NCBI GenBank assembly: GCA_010093705.1
Contig: MU006090.1
Location: forward strand, 1-64,000
DNA: 64,000 nt
Source: Patellaria atrata CBS 101060
Taxonomy: Eukaryota
Direction of reading: 5' to 3'
Of this stretch, positions 60,689 through 64,000 are shown in pieces. Each line of letters starts with the position of its first letter. Positions within the stretch are counted from its first letter, which is position 1. A program made the translations under genes and the position numbers. A model generated the notes under the pieces. That model was given only the letters and a program-made list of their open reading frames with translations, was not told the origin of the DNA and searched no databases.

Positions 60689-62400
60689 TCAAAAAATACT
60701 TCTTACCTGGATGGCTGTAGCTCTCAAAGTCGTTGCTCCTCTTTCCGAGATGGAACCCGCATAGTAGGTCAAATAAAAGACCGCCTCGTGAGCCATGTTT
60801 CGACTCAAAGGAACCTAATCATGCAGAAAATGAGCAAATTCAAAGCGCAGAGCGACGTAATTCATATATCCGAATTTAAAAACTTCATCCGTTTACCATT
60901 GCTGGACCAAAATGTCTTCCCAGAACGCCCCGAAATCTTTGATGGAATACACTATAATCTTACATGTACAACTCTAATGGGGACTGTCTTCACTCCGTGA
61001 GGAAAAAATCTACAAAGTAAAACTCAAAGCATTCTAACCTTAATGTTTTCGACCACTTGATCAGCCAATGCGATGCCTCAGTTATACCCTCCACGCCCGG
61101 AATATCGGTGCCCCGTCATTTGGGTTGTCGTTTTCCAACGTCTGTGATTTACCGCACTGATGGTTCAGATTCTACGTTAGTATAAGCTTGGTCATGCTTC
61201 GATCAGGGAGTAGAAAACCAGATGACGTACGTAGAGATTGATTAGATGAGTCACGATTTGACGTGATCGAGCGTCCGAGGAAGACTCAAGATTTATAGAC
61301 ACGATTAAAATAATCTCCATAAGGGGTGCGGCGATGAATTCCCCACAATATACCGCCGTTATTTAATCGATTCCGTGCTAGTTTTCGAACTTATGAACTT
61401 ATCAACAAGTCAGCTATTGAGATTTCCACAGTACTAAACAGGCTTACATAGAGAGTCTTCTATATTGAATATTAGAGCGCATGCCTAGATGAAAACGGAG
61501 TAAAGTCATCGTAGGACTCCCCTCTTATATATACTCTGTCTACTGTTCTTTATACCCAAATTGGTAAGAGGACTGGACAACCCCATAAGTATAAAGCCAG
61601 GGAACGAGGGCAGTATCATCGTTCCCCAAGGGCACAAACTCGAATTTGTTTGGGGTTAGGGTCGTTATGTGACTGTGAACCAAATATAACGAGTTCCGGT
61701 GAGAGTTGGAACCCAGTGGCGTGGGCTCGGATGAAGGTACCATCAGATTGGAGGAGTGCCGGCACATAATTGATCAATATTAGATTCGAGACTCTGTGGT
61801 CTCGGTAAGTTCTCATTCCCAGATTGGATAGACGATACTGGCGCAGATTCGTGAAGTATTGTCCCAGGACTGCCCTGACAATGATAAACTAAATCGGACT
61901 ATTAGTGACTGAAAGTCAATCCACCATATTTAGTTCTCATGAAAACGGTTCACAGAGACTAGGGGGTGAACAGGGAACGGGAATCATAGATTGCTCGAAG
62001 GCATTAAAGCGAACTATTAGGGAATACAAAAGTCACCACAGAACGTTGATCTTTGGTTTCAGGTATTCTAGTATTACAGATAAAAGTCGGCCCCCAACTT
62101 GTGCTTTGCCCCGTGGGTTATGGAAGTTGAATGCGGATTAATATATCTCTAGACTTGGCAGCTGAGTATAAGGTATGGATAACATGATAGAAGGCCGGAG
62201 AGATAGCAGCGTTCCCAGAAAAGATGGTGACACATCGTCTCCTGAGGAAAAGAGTTCCCCGAATGAGCCTGATGAGGTCTTCGGCAGTCCGTAAAATGTA
62301 CTGCGAAATGCGGACTCTTAAGTTCCAGGAGAGTCGGGATATTGCCCGAGCCCCCAATCTGAGTAACTGAGCAACATATGCTATCATTGTTAGGAAGCTG
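60689..62400 (-). ncRNA. Candidate telomerase RNA (TER); 5' end unknown
   Basis: No coherent ORF. Template-like ACCCUAACCC (61662-61653) with an adjacent 7-bp hairpin and a long-range enclosing helix. Sm-site-like AUUUUUUG (60697-60690) followed by AUAAGA. CR4/5 P6.1 not identified. Confidence 0.35.
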
Positions 62401-62739
62401 TAAATATTAGGTAGGGCGGAAGATGAATAGCTTAGTAGAAGTCATTCCACAATCACTCTCTAAGTTATCAACATCACATCTGATGTTTACCTTAGATGAT
62501 CTTTCCGGTTGCTTTGTTATTCCAGGGAAAATGTTGTAGTTCTAAAAAGTCCGGCAGAACCATCACCGCTTCCAGCTCACCGCTTAATAGCATCCACAAG
62601 CGATCCCACAACCTCAAACTTACGATCTCGCAGTGAACTTCCCTCCGCTCGCGCACGACTTCAACCTGCATAATTCAGCGAGCAACACGCCAATCTCCTC
62701 AAATACCACACTAAGAGTGTTACTCGACACTTTGCAATA

Positions 62740-63374
62740 ATGACGAAGAGGGTATGTAGCTTCGAAAATTGTAAATGATTAACCGCCGGCTGACCAACAT
62801 ACCCTCAATAGACAAAGAAAGTAGGCGTGACAGGAAAGTGTACGTACTCGATCGCATAATGTTCTCGAATTCATTAGACGTAAACACTGACGAACATCTG
62901 TAGACGGAACCCGTTATGGTGCATCTCTCCGTAAGCAGGTTAAGAAAATAGAGATTACACAACGTAAAAATCTTACTCAAAAAGCCACATACCGAAGAAA
63001 CGCTGATTGAGTGAAAAGATGCCCGGTACACATGCACCTTCTGCGGAAAGAACACCGTGAAGAGACACAGTGTCGGAATCTGGAGCTGTGGGAGCTGCAG
63101 GAAGACAATTGCTGGAGGAGCATGGACGGTCTCGTGAGTTTATACTTTCTCAAATACACGGGTAGAGTAATGGAGGCTTTCACGGAAGAGCTGGAAATAC
63201 GAAAGAAGTTCATGATATGGGAGTTTTGCGAAAGATTAAGCTACAAAGCTCTCAGCGGCGCATGATATCAGTGTCTAGAACGCGGATAATCGCTAACGAT
63301 TAATGGATAGAACCCCTGCTGCCGCCGCAACCCGCTCAACAATTCGTCGTCTGCGTGAGATTGCGGAGGTCTAG
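62740..63374 (+). CDS. RPL43: 60S ribosomal protein eL43 (L37a); exons 62740-62751, 62812-62839, 62904-62963, 63019-63133, 63311-63374
   Basis: Spliced product [44 protein letters not shown]...WSCGSC...[20 protein letters not shown]. Missed by the ORF track. Confidence 0.96.
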
Positions 63375-64000
63375 GAAATCTGTGGGGCCTGGGGTAGCAT
63401 CAGTGGAAATGGAATTCTTCAATCGTGGCTTTGCGGGGTGTTTACAGCATCTGTGCCTTTGGGCACATTAACGGGACGGGACGGCGAATGTTTGATAGAC
63501 CAATCAGGCAAAATCAAAATACTTTCATGCTCTATCGCTGATTCAAATCAACATATGGCTATTGATGTAAGTAAATATGGAATCGTGCCCCTTTTACGGA
63601 CCCTCTCTCCTTCAGATCTTGCACATACAATATCTTGAAACGTATTATTCTCACTATATGGGCACTATTTATGCTTCGTAGTGACTGCTCTACAAGCCTC
63701 GTTCAGAGATGAATTCATATTCTCTCATCCTTTTGCTCTCGCCCTTACGGAATCCCCTTCAAGCTTCAACAACTTTCCAGGAGATTGTTCTCTTCCTCTG
63801 ATCTAACATAAGTCTACAATAATTCTCCTTCGTAGGTATGCATTGCTCTCCCTCGGCTTCGGCTTTAGAAGTCCTCACCGCATCAACGCGCCTAGTTCCA
63901 AGTTTCCTTCAAGCCTTTAGTCTTCTTCCCTCTTCATCTACACTTCTCCCCTTGCTATACTCACTTCTCACACAGATTCTGCCTATAATAAAGGCACCTT

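Noticed and set aside
60707..61888. Multi-exon protein gene on the minus strand built from apparent introns
   Set aside because: Every exon chain I tried hit stop codons and matched no family convincingly. Kept only as the alternative to the TER hypothesis.
62269..62308. Hammerhead ribozyme-like CTGATGA...GAAA
   Set aside because: Extra unpaired bases precede the putative stem II, and I could not form stems I and III around a cleavage triplet.
63011..63265. 84-aa ORF-track ORF
   Set aside because: Wrong frame; it overlaps RPL43 exon 4 and the following intron.

Overview
Eukaryotic DNA from a filamentous ascomycete (Pezizomycotina; probably a Dothideomycete, which is inference). It has short GT-AG introns with CTRAY branch points and RIP-type CpA>TpA mutation. 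Bases 1-2.5 kb are a nest of abutting LTR fragments from about three families with unequal RIP damage. Next to it lies an intronless fungal NLR immune receptor (HET - NB-ARC - near-identical 42-aa TPR array, collapsed into an 844-N gap). The rest is gene-dense core genome: GMC oxidoreductase, formin-GBD-like protein, cupin, HIU hydrolase, Nup98-Nup96, centrin, complex I 51 kDa subunit, an unknown coiled-coil protein, S10 carboxypeptidase, a conserved hypothetical protein, cis-prenyltransferase, PSF3, BLM10, laccase, S41 peptidase, C1-THF synthase, eIF3i and RPL43. I rebuilt exon structures by hand; several differ from the ORF track. The best signals not shown in the ORF track are RNA-level: (1) an intronic box C/D snoRNA with one guide to 18S rRNA and a second complementary to U6 snRNA; (2) a long hairpin intron with a weak, stop-containing donor between the Nup98 and Nup96 parts; (3) a candidate telomerase RNA locus (template, boundary hairpin, enclosing helix, Sm site plus AU-type splice site; P6.1 not found); (4) a hairpin-masked poison 3' splice site in PSF3; (5) dual-targeting N-terminal extensions on HIU hydrolase (PTS2) and C1-THF synthase (mitochondrial). 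All pairings were found by eye; no searches were run.
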